Positions 39,342-49,760 of a DNA stretch of 64,000 bases are shown one piece after another. Position 1 is the first letter of the stretch. Every line of letters begins with the position of its first letter. The translations under genes were made by a program, and so were the position numbers. Origin of the DNA: Thermoproteota archaeon (lineage in GTDB: Archaea > Thermoproteota > Thermoprotei_A > Sulfolobales > Ignisphaeraceae). The notes under the pieces were generated by a model. The model did not search any database. It saw nothing but the letters and a program-made list of their open reading frames with translations, and was not told the DNA's origin. The DNA lies in NCBI GenBank assembly GCA_030550585.1, contig JAUQPB010000002.1, positions 64,001-128,000 on the forward strand. The letters are read 5' to 3'.

Positions 39342-40127
39342 TTGGTGAAAAAATTGAGTAGCACTACAACCATTAGATTTGTATTTGGAGATGCTAGAAT
39401 CTGGAGATATGTTTTAAGAACACTTGCAGATTATTTAGAGGTTGTAGGTATGAAGGTCAGCCCCAATGAAGGTGTTAGGATAAGGGCTATGGATCCAAGC
39501 CGTGTGATGCTTGTCGATTTTAGTATTCCTCCCAATGCCTTTGAGGAGTATGTTGTTGAAAAAGATGAGATACTATTTCTAAATCTAGAGGGTGTTTCGA
39601 AGATACTTAGGAGAGCATCCAAATCAGATAAACTTGCACTATATAGTGACGGCAGTAGACTAAGCCTTTCTCTTATTTCTAAAGGCGGTACGCAGAGAAC
39701 CTTTATATTACCACTTATATCATCTTCATATGAGGAAATACCCGAACTATCTTTAGAATTCAAAGTTGTTGCTAAAATACTTGGCCCGGCACTCTCAGCA
39801 GCTCTATCGATACTAGAGGATGTAGGTGAGGTAGCGAAATTCAAGGCGCTAAAAGATGGTTTAACATTGATGGCATCGACAGAGCTTGGCGAGGTAGAAT
39901 TCATGTTTAATACTTCCACTGGCACTTTAATAGATTATCAGATAGCTGAAGGCGTCGAAGAGTTTGCTAATTCATACTCTATGGAATATATCTCAACATT
40001 GACGCAATTGTCAAAATTTGCGGAAAGTGCTACAATTAAATTAGCACCTGAAATACCTTGTGAAATAGACTTAGATATGATTGGAGGGGCGATATTGAAG
40101 GTTTTCATTGCTCCAAGAATGGAGTAG
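39342..40127 (+). CDS. pcn: DNA polymerase sliding clamp PCNA paralogue
   Basis: IRAMDPSRVMLVD, AFEEY, SYSMEYI and KVFIAPR. Confidence 0.94.
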   Translation: MVKKLSSTTTIRFVFGDARIWRYVLRTLADYLEVVGMKVSPNEGVRIRAMDPSRVMLVDFSIPPNAFEEYVVEKDEILFLNLEGVSKILRRASKSDKLALYSDGSRLSLSLISKGGTQRTFILPLISSSYEEIPELSLEFKVVAKILGPALSAALSILEDVGEVAKFKALKDGLTLMASTELGEVEFMFNTSTGTLIDYQIAEGVEEFANSYSMEYISTLTQLSKFAESATIKLAPEIPCEIDLDMIGGAILKVFIAPRME

Positions 40128-40148
40128 TGTTATCGTAATAGGATAAGG

Positions 40149-41351
40149 ATGTGGTGTTGTTTGAGCCAAAAAAGAGGTGTACCAGATTTTTTTAAGGAGA
40201 AATTTAGAGAATATTATAGGGGGGCCTCCTTAGAGCTTCCACAAGATCTTCCCTTCAGGGAGGTTGCTTTACAACCTTTTGATGCCGATTATTATGTTCG
40301 TCACTTGTCATTTGATTCTCTGGCACAGCTTAGAGATTATATATCAGCAAATGTCCCCCGACACCTATACTATTCTTCGGCAAAATATCTCTATCCAGGC
40401 AACAATGAAATGTCTGAAAAGGGATGGATTGGTAGCGACTTGGTGTTCGATATAGATTCAAATGATATTCCAGATTGTGGCAAATACGTTATAGACTTTA
40501 GATTTTGTCCTAGATGTGGATATATAGCAAAAAATGATGAGAAAGAATGCCCATATTGTGGCTTAGAACTCAAAAAATTTGAGCACGTAGATAAAGCTTG
40601 CATTGAAAGAGCCTATGATTATCTGCTTAAGCTTATAGACATTATCGAAAATGATTTCGGATTTTTAACCTATAAAGCAAGTTTTTCTGGGAATAGAGGG
40701 TTTCACCTAATTGTTGAGCTACCTCAGCCATTCGACAGAATGGATTCAGAAGCGAGAAGAGAGATAGTTTCATACATAATGCTAAATGATTTTGATAAAA
40801 AACACATCATAAATATGTACATGGACGATGCTAGAAGGCAAAAAGGACTCGGATATATATTGCCAAGAGTTATTGATGGTGGTTTAAGAAGAAGAATAGC
40901 ATTATCACTATCGAAAAGGGTTTCTGACCAAGACATAAAAAGTTTCTTGATGGGCTATAGCGAAAAAATTGATTACCATAAACTAGCACAGTTATCAGAA
41001 CTTATATCAAAGCATATTGAGGAAATACTTAATGAATTATCTATTCCAATAGACTCTAAGGTAACCATAGATATCTCACACCTTGTTAGAATCCCAAATA
41101 GCATAAATGGAAAAACAGGTTGGAAAGCCTTTTTGATTAAAAATATATCAGAATTTGAACTAGACCCATACAACGTCTCAATTAGTGGCAATGAGATGCT
41201 TCAGTTGCGTATCTTAGTAGATCTGCCTCAAATAAGAATAATAGATAGGGAATTTAAAGCAAAAAAGGGAGATGTTATAGTTACAGAATATCCGTACGCC
41301 TCATATCTAGTATTCAAAAACGTGGCAGAACTTATGTCTATAAGGCGATAG
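40149..41351 (+). CDS. priS: DNA primase small (catalytic) subunit
   Basis: HLYYSSAKY, DLVFDID, FSGNRGFH and IDSKVTIDISHLVRIP; Zn-ribbon insert. Confidence 0.95.
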   Translation: MWCCLSQKRGVPDFFKEKFREYYRGASLELPQDLPFREVALQPFDADYYVRHLSFDSLAQLRDYISANVPRHLYYSSAKYLYPGNNEMSEKGWIGSDLVFDIDSNDIPDCGKYVIDFRFCPRCGYIAKNDEKECPYCGLELKKFEHVDKACIERAYDYLLKLIDIIENDFGFLTYKASFSGNRGFHLIVELPQPFDRMDSEARREIVSYIMLNDFDKKHIINMYMDDARRQKGLGYILPRVIDGGLRRRIALSLSKRVSDQDIKSFLMGYSEKIDYHKLAQLSELISKHIEEILNELSIPIDSKVTIDISHLVRIPNSINGKTGWKAFLIKNISEFELDPYNVSISGNEMLQLRILVDLPQIRIIDREFKAKKGDVIVTEYPYASYLVFKNVAELMSIRR

Positions 41352-41358
41352 CTAAGCT

Positions 41359-41850
41359 ATGTACCTAGAACTATATGAGAAAATCAAAAAGATTTTCGAT
41401 GCTATATTAAATAATGAGAAGATGAGCTCCAAGGATGTTTACACCATTTTTGAAGTTGCAAACAAGCTGATTTTAGATATGAAGATATGGTGTAATGAGA
41501 ACCAATATACAGAATTAAAAGACCTGTGTACAGACTTCGACAAAAACATTTCGATGATATTGGCCACAATATCTTTATTGATTGCGACAAATGCTATGAG
41601 GGGGGATTTGCAGGTGGATACAGATATTTTTGGCTCTTTTTTGAAAAAACTGAAGGAATCTTTAGATAGCTTTAACAGCATCTTGCGAAACACAATATTG
41701 TTATCAGATGGGTCTGTGTTATGTAAAATATTAAAACCATTTCAAACCAGATTTTCGCTAGCATTGCCTGGTTATGTAGTACCTTTGCCCATAGGCGAGG
41801 CCGCACTTCTTTCAATACTTGGTTTTGTTAAAGTAATTGACTCTTTCTAA
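41359..41850 (+). CDS. GINS subunit (Gins51/Gins15-like)
   Basis: Conserved position between priS and rpl44e; C-terminal B-domain pattern LCKILKPF...[15 protein letters not shown]. Confidence 0.65.
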   Translation: MYLELYEKIKKIFDAILNNEKMSSKDVYTIFEVANKLILDMKIWCNENQYTELKDLCTDFDKNISMILATISLLIATNAMRGDLQVDTDIFGSFLKKLKESLDSFNSILRNTILLSDGSVLCKILKPFQTRFSLALPGYVVPLPIGEAALLSILGFVKVIDSF

Positions 41851-41917
41851 CAATATTGCTTATAAATCCTGCAAAAAGATTGATAATAGAAGAAATAGCT
41901 GGGATGATGTGATTACA

Positions 41918-42205
41918 GTGAAAATACCAAAAGTCATAACAACATATTGTCCAAGATGTAAAACACATACAGAACATAGTGTTACCATATACAAGCATGG
42001 TAAGAGAAGAACGTTGGCTCAAGGACAAAGAAGGTATCTTAGGAAGCAAGAGGGGTATGGATCAAAGAGAAAGCCAGAGCAAAAGCGGTTTGCCAAGGTC
42101 ACAAAAAAAGTTGTTTTAAAGCTTAAGTGCTCTAAATGTGGATATATAGTACATAGAGAAGGTGTAAGGTTGAAGAAAGCGGAACTAGCTGAAAAGCATG
42201 GGTGA
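41918..42205 (+). CDS. rpl44e: 50S ribosomal protein L44e
   Basis: [32 protein letters not shown]. Confidence 0.96.
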   Translation: MKIPKVITTYCPRCKTHTEHSVTIYKHGKRRTLAQGQRRYLRKQEGYGSKRKPEQKRFAKVTKKVVLKLKCSKCGYIVHREGVRLKKAELAEKHG

Positions 42206-42214
42206 ATATACCGT

Positions 42215-42418
42215 ATGGCTAAGAAAAGGAGGATTTTGATTCCAGAACCACGAAGCAAATTCATTAGAGTAAAGTGCAACGTCTGTGGAAACGAACAACC
42301 AGTCTTTGATCATGCAACTTTTCCTGTAAGATGCCTAGTATGTGGCACAGTAATAGTTCAGCCTACTGGAGGAAAAGCTAAATTAGTTAATGCTGAGATA
42401 GTTAGAATTTTAGGATAG
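42215..42418 (+). CDS. rps27e: 30S ribosomal protein S27e
   Basis: [22 protein letters not shown]. Confidence 0.96.
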   Translation: MAKKRRILIPEPRSKFIRVKCNVCGNEQPVFDHATFPVRCLVCGTVIVQPTGGKAKLVNAEIVRILG

Positions 42419-42486
42419 TCCAGACGCAAAATGTTTTTGTATAGCCACATACAATATATTTTCATTATAAAGAGGGCGGAACCTTT

Positions 42487-43305
42487 ATGAGTTTGCCTTT
42501 TAGAAAAAAAGGTGTGCCAGAGGTAGGAGAGCTTGTTGTTGCTCAAGTAAAGAAAGTATTTGATTATGGTGCTTATGCTGATCTGTTAGAATATGAAAAT
42601 CTTGAAGCATTTATTCCATGGAGTGAGATAAGCACAAAGTATGTTAAAGATATCAGAGAGATTTTGAAAGAAAAACAAGTTGTTGTAGGTAAGGTAATTA
42701 GAGTAGAAAAGAAGCCTACAAAGATAGAAGTAGACATCTCATTGAAGAGGGTGATGGAAGGAGAGAAAAAGATTAAAATGCTAAGATGGAAAAGATTACA
42801 GAAAGCTCAAAAAATAATAGAATTAGTTTCCAAAAACATGTCAAAAACACTTGATGAAGCATATTCAAAAGTTTGGTCGAAATTTGAAAAAAGTATAGAT
42901 CCGTTGTCTATATTAGAAGAGGTTGTAATGAGGGGGCCTGAAAAGCTGAGGGAGATGGGAATTGAAGAACCTTGGGCTAAGGCAGTTTATGAGGAGGCTA
43001 AAAAGCATATTGCAATAAAAACTGTGAAGATTAGGGGCATCGCAAAAATAGTTTCTTATAAACCAGATGGCATTGATAGAATAAAAAAGATATTAACAGA
43101 GGTAAAAAATGCCTTTGCAAGCTCCAGCATTAAAATAGATATATACACTATAGGAGCTCCAAAATACAGAATCGAAATTGAGTCGCACGAATATAGATCA
43201 GCTGAAGACGCCTTTACTAAGATATCAGAACTCATTGAAAAGCTTTCAAAGGATCTGGAAATAGATTTATATAGTTTTGAAAGAGAAGAATTGCAAAAAG
43301 GATAA
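42487..43305 (+). CDS. eif2a: Translation initiation factor aIF-2 alpha
   Basis: [26 protein letters not shown] and IGAPKYRI. Confidence 0.95.
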   Translation: MSLPFRKKGVPEVGELVVAQVKKVFDYGAYADLLEYENLEAFIPWSEISTKYVKDIREILKEKQVVVGKVIRVEKKPTKIEVDISLKRVMEGEKKIKMLRWKRLQKAQKIIELVSKNMSKTLDEAYSKVWSKFEKSIDPLSILEEVVMRGPEKLREMGIEEPWAKAVYEEAKKHIAIKTVKIRGIAKIVSYKPDGIDRIKKILTEVKNAFASSSIKIDIYTIGAPKYRIEIESHEYRSAEDAFTKISELIEKLSKDLEIDLYSFEREELQKG

Positions 43306-43310
43306 GGTTA

Positions 43311-43526
43311 ATGAGATGGAGAATAAGGAAATGTCCAAATTGTAAAACATACACTTTAAAGGAGATATGTCCAAAATGTGGTAATAAAACTATTGTACCT
43401 CACCCTCCAAGGTTCTCACCAGAAGATAAATATGTTGAATACAGGTTATTGAGTAAATATCCAGATCTGTTAAGTAAGGGTGTGAAAATCTCGAAGGAAG
43501 GGCTTTCGAATTCTAGCAATAAATAG
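43311..43526 (+). CDS. nop10: H/ACA RNP protein Nop10
   Basis: [25 protein letters not shown]. Confidence 0.96.
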   Translation: MRWRIRKCPNCKTYTLKEICPKCGNKTIVPHPPRFSPEDKYVEYRLLSKYPDLLSKGVKISKEGLSNSSNK

Positions 43527-43554
43527 AAGAATAACTTTAGAGTTTGTCTAAGAA

Positions 43555-44175
43555 CTAAGTTTTATAGAGCCATTCTATTCCTTTGCTTGTTATAACAAAT
43601 GGTATTTCATGAGAAATGGCTGGTTTTATAATTCTTATGGTTCTTGTCTTATTTGGAAGCACTTTTATTTCAATTATCTTATCAGCCCAGATATTGAGAT
43701 ACTCATAACCTGCAATTATGTTTTCTTCAAGTTTAACCTGCGCACTTGTAATAATCGCAATCCCTTTTTTATTCAAGGAATCCAGTAGTACAAGGATATC
43801 GACAAAGAGTTTGGATGCATAATCCTTTTCAGATTCAACTCTGTATAAATGGTTAATGCTATCCACAATTATCGTAATTACATTGAATTGCATGCTATCA
43901 AGAATTAAAGAGATTAGATGTTCTTGACTTAAAGCAGATGCAAAGTAAAAATTACTTGATTCAAGGCCTAGCTCAATAGCTCTATTTATAAATACCGGGT
44001 CTTCAGTTGATATATAGACAATATTTTCATTACTTATTTTCGAACATTTAAGGATGTTTAATAAGAAATTTGTTTTTCCGCTACCTGCAATGCCATATAC
44101 AACAATTTTAGATGGTTTAGAGAATAAAATACCATCTAATTGGCTATTGCATGTTGAAAGCATTAAAATACTCAT
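43555..44175 (-). CDS. RecA/RadB-like ATPase
   Basis: QLDGIL, YGIAGSGKT, YISTE and IIVDSI. Confidence 0.75.
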   Translation of the reverse strand: MSILMLSTCNSQLDGILFSKPSKIVVYGIAGSGKTNFLLNILKCSKISNENIVYISTEDPVFINRAIELGLESSNFYFASALSQEHLISLILDSMQFNVITIIVDSINHLYRVESEKDYASKLFVDILVLLDSLNKKGIAIITSAQVKLEENIIAGYEYLNIWADKIIEIKVLPNKTRTIRIIKPAISHEIPFVITSKGIEWLYKT

Positions 44176-44193
44176 TCCTCGTTATAAAAATTG

Positions 44194-44871
44194 TTAAGGC
44201 GAGAATATAAGCTCGTTGTTCACTTTCTTTACAATGCCCTTCTTCACAAGCATGTGTATTGCATCATCAATATACCTTCTGTCCACCTCTATTCCATACC
44301 ATTCCCTAAACGCCTCAATAATCTCGTCTATACCCCACGAACTTTTCTTCTTCTCGTTGTACGTTGACTCTAAGATTCTCTTAATGAATTGTGTAACATC
44401 CTCTAGTCTTGTCCATGGATACTGGAACCAATACCACTCTTTTACTTCCATATAATAGTAATCTGGCTTTATTTTAGCTACGGATGATATCCACTGCAAT
44501 GCAGCAGTTCGCAATTCCTTGGGCTTCCATTTTTTTAGGATATATTCCTTGGCTAATATGACAGATTCTCCCGTATCAATAATATCGTCGACAAGCAATG
44601 CCTTCATATTAGAAAGGTCTATTACATATTCAAATTTTATAATGGCTTTTTCACCCTTCTTTGCAGCCTCGGTCCAGTGCTGGGATTGAATTGATACAAG
44701 ATTTTCAACACCTAGAAAATCGCATAAAAGCCTTGCCGGCACATAACCGCCGCGCGAGATCGCAATTACTACATCAGGAATATAGCCATCATTTTCAATC
44801 TTTTTTGCTAACCCCCAGCTCCATTCCACAATATCGTTCCACTCTACCAGCTTTACAGGTATTTTAGGCAT
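44194..44871 (-). CDS. Purine phosphoribosyltransferase
   Basis: AISRGG, LLVDDIIDTGES, KPDYY and WFQYPW. Confidence 0.9.
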   Translation of the reverse strand: MPKIPVKLVEWNDIVEWSWGLAKKIENDGYIPDVVIAISRGGYVPARLLCDFLGVENLVSIQSQHWTEAAKKGEKAIIKFEYVIDLSNMKALLVDDIIDTGESVILAKEYILKKWKPKELRTAALQWISSVAKIKPDYYYMEVKEWYWFQYPWTRLEDVTQFIKRILESTYNEKKKSSWGIDEIIEAFREWYGIEVDRRYIDDAIHMLVKKGIVKKVNNELIFSP

Positions 44872-44977
44872 TGTGAATTACCGTAAAAATAGGATTTGCA
44901 GAGGTATATAAACTTAGCTTGAAATAACCATAAACTAATCTTCAAGGTTTATAAAACGTGTTTTCGATATAGTTATT

Positions 44978-45056
44978 GGCCCCCGAGACGGCCGACCCGT
45001 ATAATTGATGAACCGTTGGCGAGCATGGGTACGGGGTCTCTGCGGGGGCTACAATA
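44978..45056 (+). ncRNA. Candidate single-hairpin H/ACA guide RNA
   Basis: Lower stem GGCCCCCG/CGGGGGCT, internal pocket, upper stem CCCGTA/TACGGG and apical TGATGA K-turn/loop motif. ACA follows at 45051; TATA TTTATAAA lies at 44948. Confidence 0.7.
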
Positions 45057-45069
45057 AAGAGCTTGTTGG

Positions 45070-46518
45070 TTAGCCTTTTACAACAGCTATTGGAACCAGC
45101 CTTACAACAGGCTTTACCAAATTAGCTCTTGTTGCAACGTCCACAACTCTGTCAACATCTTTGTAGGCCTCTGGAGTCTCCTCAGATAGCTCTCTCATGG
45201 TGGCAGCTCTTACAAGGATTCCCTTTCTTTCTAACATTTCAACAACTTCTCTTGGGGACTTGGCTCTTATTGCAGCAGCTCTACTCATCCATCTTCCAGC
45301 TCCGTGAGGTGCTGACCACCAAGCGTCTTTCGCTCCAGTGTTTGGTATTGTGATATAGCTTGCAGTTCCCATGCTACCAGGAATCAACACTATTTGTCCA
45401 AATTCTCTATGATCTGCTGGTATTTCAGGATGCTGCGGTGGAAATGCCCTTGTAGCACCTTTTCTATGCACTACCAACTTAATTTTTCTTCCTTCAAATT
45501 CGTGCTCCTCTATCTTGGCAATATTATGGGCAACATCATAAATAATCTTTATACCGAGCTTTTCATAGTCTGCAAAGCCAAAGGCCTTTGCAAAGGACTC
45601 TCTAGCCCAGTGTGTTATCAGCTGTCTGTTGGCCCATGCATAGTTCGCAGCCGCTGCCATAGCGGCGAAGTAGTCCTGCCCTTCAGGGCTGTTGAATGGA
45701 ACTGCCGCAAGCTCTCGGTCAGGCACTTCTATTCCATATCTCTTCATAGCTCTCTCCATAATCATTAGATAATCACTTGCAACCTGGTGTCCAAGACCCC
45801 TTGAACCTGTGTGCACCATTATTGTTATCTGCCCCTCTTCAAATATTCCTATCCTTTTTGCTATATCTGGAAGATATATTCTGTCAACAACTTGGATTTC
45901 TAGAAAATGATTCCCACTACCAAGGGTGCCTAACTGTGGTGCCCCTCTTTCCTTGGCTCTCTTGCTCACCTTTGATGCATCAGCAGCCTCTATTCTTCCT
46001 CTAGATTCCGTATGCTCTATATCATATTCTGTTGCATATCCTTGTCTAAGTGCCCATTGCGCCCCTTCTTCGAGTACATTATTAAGCTCGGCTTCTGTCA
46101 ATCTGATTTTACCTGTTGCACCAACGCCGCTTGGGATGTTTCTGAATACTAAATCAACCAATTCGCGAAGCCTTGGTTTCACATCCTTGACTGTGAGATC
46201 TGTTCTTAAGACTCTCACACCACAGTTGATATCGTAGCCCACGCCACCTGGGCTTACAACCCCATTCTCTAGATCAAAACCTGCTACACCCCCTATTGGG
46301 AACCCATAACCTTGATGACCATCAGGAAGAGTGTAACTGGCTCCTACAATACCCGGTAGACAAGACACATTTGCTGCCTGTTCTAGTGTTGCATCCTCTT
46401 TCATCTTATTTAATAAAAAATCATCAGCATATATAATTGCAGGAACCTTCATACATTTCTTATACTCTTTTGGGATAATCCAAATTACATCACTAATACG
46501 TTTTAAGTTTGTAACCAT
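45070..46518 (-). CDS. rtcB: tRNA-splicing ligase RtcB
   Basis: PDGHQGYGFPIGGV, GYDINCG, GSGNHF, HTGSRG, HRKGAT and HGAGR. Confidence 0.97.
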   Translation of the reverse strand: MVTNLKRISDVIWIIPKEYKKCMKVPAIIYADDFLLNKMKEDATLEQAANVSCLPGIVGASYTLPDGHQGYGFPIGGVAGFDLENGVVSPGGVGYDINCGVRVLRTDLTVKDVKPRLRELVDLVFRNIPSGVGATGKIRLTEAELNNVLEEGAQWALRQGYATEYDIEHTESRGRIEAADASKVSKRAKERGAPQLGTLGSGNHFLEIQVVDRIYLPDIAKRIGIFEEGQITIMVHTGSRGLGHQVASDYLMIMERAMKRYGIEVPDRELAAVPFNSPEGQDYFAAMAAAANYAWANRQLITHWARESFAKAFGFADYEKLGIKIIYDVAHNIAKIEEHEFEGRKIKLVVHRKGATRAFPPQHPEIPADHREFGQIVLIPGSMGTASYITIPNTGAKDAWWSAPHGAGRWMSRAAAIRAKSPREVVEMLERKGILVRAATMRELSEETPEAYKDVDRVVDVATRANLVKPVVRLVPIAVVKG

Positions 46519-46831
46519 GGTCTTTATTCACCAGCTCTATCTAATACTATGTAAATAACTCTTGACTAATAAGCTTAAGATATGAGCTATATTTCAAGTT
46601 TCACATAATTGTATTTATATACCTAGCTATAAAGACAGCCAATCAAAAACTGAGCTTAATATTCATTTGTATTCATTTGGTGGCAACCGTGTTTACTAGG
46701 TTTAGACGCTCAATAAAGCTTTTATTTCTACTTAATCAAACCACTATATGCTCGATACATGCTTATAAACCATGTTTAGTCTTGAAGTGTGAAATCAAAT
46801 ATAATGTAGGTTGAAAGTGGTGCATAGATAA

Positions 46832-47314
46832 ATGGGGCATTGGCGCTATCCCAAACCCGAAGGTGTGGATGAGACAAAGACAGCTAGAGCTGTTATAAGA
46901 GATGTGCCAATGTCATTTAAAGAGGCTTATGAAGTTTGTAAGGTTATTAGAGGTATGATGTTGTCGGAGGCAAAGGATCTACTTAAAAAAGTTGTAGAGT
47001 TGAAAGAGCCAATACCATACACTAGATACAAGCTTAGTATAGCTCATAAGCGTGGCTTGGCAAGAAGGTGGGATAGGTTCAAAAGTCCTATAGGCAGATA
47101 TCCTGTAAAAGTTGCTAAAAACATTTTAAAGTTATTGGAAAACGTAGAGAATAATGCTGCTAATAAGGGTCTCAATCCCGACAAGCTAAAGATAATTCAT
47201 ATCGCTGCCCATAAAAGCTATTACCTTAAGAAATGGATGCCACGAGCCTTTGGAAGAGCCACTCCATGGTTCAGAACTCACACAAGCGTTGAGGTGATAG
47301 TGGCAGAGGTGTGA
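46832..47314 (+). CDS. rpl22: 50S ribosomal protein L22
   Basis: GRYPVKVA, NVENNA, PRAFGRA. Confidence 0.96.
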   Translation: MGHWRYPKPEGVDETKTARAVIRDVPMSFKEAYEVCKVIRGMMLSEAKDLLKKVVELKEPIPYTRYKLSIAHKRGLARRWDRFKSPIGRYPVKVAKNILKLLENVENNAANKGLNPDKLKIIHIAAHKSYYLKKWMPRAFGRATPWFRTHTSVEVIVAEV

Positions 47315-47320
47315 ATTAGT

Positions 47321-47947
47321 ATGGTAAACATAAAGAGATATTTTATTGAACAAGGCATAAAGAAGGTTGCTGTAGACGAGTATCTAGCAAGCAAGTTCTG
47401 GAGAGCTGGATATGCAGGTGTTGATATTATTAGAACCCCACTTGGTACAAGAGTCATAATATATGCTCTGAGACCAGGTCTTATAATTGGGCGTAAGGGT
47501 CAAACCCTAAAAACAATTCAAACTGTATTGGAGAAACTTTTCGGAATTGAGAATCCACAGATAACCGTAGTTGAGGTTGAGAACCCAGATCTTAATGCAA
47601 GGGTTGTGGCTTTCAATATCGCGCTTGCACTAGAAAGAGGTGTTCACTTTAGGAGAGCAGGTTTCATAGCGTTGCGAAGGGTTATGGCAGCTGGAGCATT
47701 AGGCTGCGAAATAGTTATTAGCGGTAAGCTTGTTGCTGAGAGGGCACGTTATGAGAAGCTAAAAGCGGGAAAGGTTTACAAATCGGGAGAACAGAGTCTT
47801 AAACTTGTTGATAGGGCTGTTGCCCACGTTTTGCTAAAGCCTGGTATGTATGGTGTTGAGGTTATAATATCAAAGCCTGGCATCACCTCTGACCACGTTG
47901 AAATCGTTAGCATGTCTCAGACAGGAGGAGAGCAGGTAAGGAGCTAG
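47321..47947 (+). CDS. rps3: 30S ribosomal protein S3
   Basis: AGYAG, RPGLIIGRKG, GCEIVISGKL. Confidence 0.96.
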   Translation: MVNIKRYFIEQGIKKVAVDEYLASKFWRAGYAGVDIIRTPLGTRVIIYALRPGLIIGRKGQTLKTIQTVLEKLFGIENPQITVVEVENPDLNARVVAFNIALALERGVHFRRAGFIALRRVMAAGALGCEIVISGKLVAERARYEKLKAGKVYKSGEQSLKLVDRAVAHVLLKPGMYGVEVIISKPGITSDHVEIVSMSQTGGEQVRS

Positions 47948-47958
47948 GTGAATAAACA

Positions 47959-48189
47959 ATGAGTGACAGACCACTCAAAGCTGAGGAGATAAGATCTATG
48001 AGTATGGAAGAGAGGCTAAGGTTGTTGAATGAGTTGAAATTGGAACTCACAAGGCTCTTGACACAGGCTAGAACAGGAACATTAACCAATGTAGCAAGAA
48101 TAAGGATAGTTAGAAAGAATATTGCTAGAATACTAACTGTAATTAATGAGGAACGCAAAGGTAAGAAGACCCATGATCAGAACAGATAA
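47959..48189 (+). CDS. rpl29: 50S ribosomal protein L29
   Basis: EIRSMS, RKNIARILTV. Confidence 0.95.
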   Translation: MSDRPLKAEEIRSMSMEERLRLLNELKLELTRLLTQARTGTLTNVARIRIVRKNIARILTVINEERKGKKTHDQNR

Positions 48190-48460
48190 GAACATAGTAT
48201 ATCATGAATTAATAGGTTTGCAAGTCGAGGTCGTATCTCACCTCAATCCGTCATTAATTGGCGTAAAAGGCGCTGTTGTAGATGAGACTATGAATACACT
48301 TCGAATAGCTGATGTCAACCGCAGAAAAATTGTAACAGTAATGAAGAGTGGAGGAATATTTGCATTCACTATACCAGAGAGTGGTACAAAGGTTTATATT
48401 GATGGTAGCCAGATAGTTGGAAGGCCTGAGGATAGACTTAAAAAGTTGGCTAGACGATAA
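48173..48460 (+). CDS. rnp1: RNase P protein component 1 (Rpp29/Pop4)
   Basis: HELIGL, GAVVDETMNT, GRPEDRL. Confidence 0.93.
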   Translation: MIRTDKNIVYHELIGLQVEVVSHLNPSLIGVKGAVVDETMNTLRIADVNRRKIVTVMKSGGIFAFTIPESGTKVYIDGSQIVGRPEDRLKKLARR

Positions 48461-48487
48461 GGTAATGTCTAAGAAGAGTAGTGAGAT

Positions 48488-48862
48488 GTGATGTCTGCAC
48501 AGCAAAATGTTCAAGCTAGGAACATAGGCATTGTATATCCTGGGCTAAAACCACCCGAGAAGGTTTGTAACGATAAGAAATGTCCCTGGCATGGCAATGT
48601 CAGGGTCAGAGGCTTGCTGCTTGTTGGAAAAGTGATAAAGTCGAGAATGCAGAACACAGTTGTTGTTGAGAGAGAGTATGTGGTTTGGGTAAGGAAGTTT
48701 AAGAGATATGAAAGAAGGAGAAGTAGAATACATGCTCACAACCCTCCATGCATCTCAGCTAAAGAAGGTGATATTGTGCTTATAGGCGAGACTAGACCTT
48801 TGGCAAAAAGTGTGTCTTTTGTTGTGTTAGGTGTGATTGGCAAAGCAAAGGTGGGTGAATAG
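48488..48862 (+). CDS. rps17: 30S ribosomal protein S17
   Basis: C.DKKCPWHG, RYERRRS.IHAHNPPC, ETRPLAK. Confidence 0.96.
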   Translation: MMSAQQNVQARNIGIVYPGLKPPEKVCNDKKCPWHGNVRVRGLLLVGKVIKSRMQNTVVVEREYVVWVRKFKRYERRRSRIHAHNPPCISAKEGDIVLIGETRPLAKSVSFVVLGVIGKAKVGE

Positions 48863-48865
48863 CTC

Positions 48866-49291
48866 ATGGCTGCTAAGAGGGCGAAGACAGGTGCGGCTTT
48901 TCCAAGAAGAAGAAGAGTTGCTGGTATAATTAATGGGACAAGATTGGTTGTCGCAGACAATAGTGGAGCTAAAGAGGTTATGGTTATAGGTGTTGTAGGG
49001 CTAAAGACTAGGTTAAGGAGGATACCATTTGCAACTGTCGGTGACATGGTTATAGCAACTGTTAAGAAAGGAAATCCTGAGCTGATAGGGCAGATCACAC
49101 GGGCTATAGTTATAAGGCAGAAGAAGCCCTATAGAAGACCTGATGGCACGTGGATAGCGTTTGAAGACAATGCATGTGTGTTAGTCAACCCCGATGGAAC
49201 GCCAAAAGGAAAAGAAATAAGAGGTCCCGTTGCTAGGGAAGCTGTTGAGAGATGGCCCCAAATTGCAAACATGGCAACAATAGTTGTGTGA
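48866..49291 (+). CDS. rpl14: 50S ribosomal protein L14
   Basis: [21 protein letters not shown]. Confidence 0.97.
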   Translation: MAAKRAKTGAAFPRRRRVAGIINGTRLVVADNSGAKEVMVIGVVGLKTRLRRIPFATVGDMVIATVKKGNPELIGQITRAIVIRQKKPYRRPDGTWIAFEDNACVLVNPDGTPKGKEIRGPVAREAVERWPQIANMATIVV

Positions 49292-49307
49292 GAGAGGTGT
49301 GAGAGAC

Positions 49308-49751
49308 ATGGAGCTCAAAACTGTGCAGCCAAGGAAGCAAAGAAAAAGATTGTTTAACCTACCTCTTCACTTAAGATGGAGATTGCTCACCGCACCTCTA
49401 TCCGAGGACTTGAGAAAAGAGCTAGGAATCAAAAGGCTGTACATAAGGAGTGGCGATGTTGTTAGAATAGTTAGAGGTGATTGGAAGGGCCACGAAGGCA
49501 AGGTCGTTAATGTCGACTTAAAAAGGGGTAGGATATATATAGAAGGTGTAACTATTAAAAAGGCAGATGGAACTGACGTATACTATCCCATACACCCATC
49601 AAAAGTGATTATTGTAAAGCTTGGAGAGGTTGATGAGGTAAGGAGGAAAATAATTGAGAGAAGACAGAAGAGCAGAGAGGAGCTGGTTAAGATCGGAAAA
49701 GCAAAACCTCTTAATGAAGATCAGAAAAAGCTTGTTGAAAAAACCGGATAG
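49308..49751 (+). CDS. rpl24: 50S ribosomal protein L24
   Basis: QPRKQRK, GD.VRIVRGD.KG.EGKV, PIHPSKV. Confidence 0.96.
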   Translation: MELKTVQPRKQRKRLFNLPLHLRWRLLTAPLSEDLRKELGIKRLYIRSGDVVRIVRGDWKGHEGKVVNVDLKRGRIYIEGVTIKKADGTDVYYPIHPSKVIIVKLGEVDEVRRKIIERRQKSREELVKIGKAKPLNEDQKKLVEKTG

Positions 49752-49760
49752 GTGTAGTCT

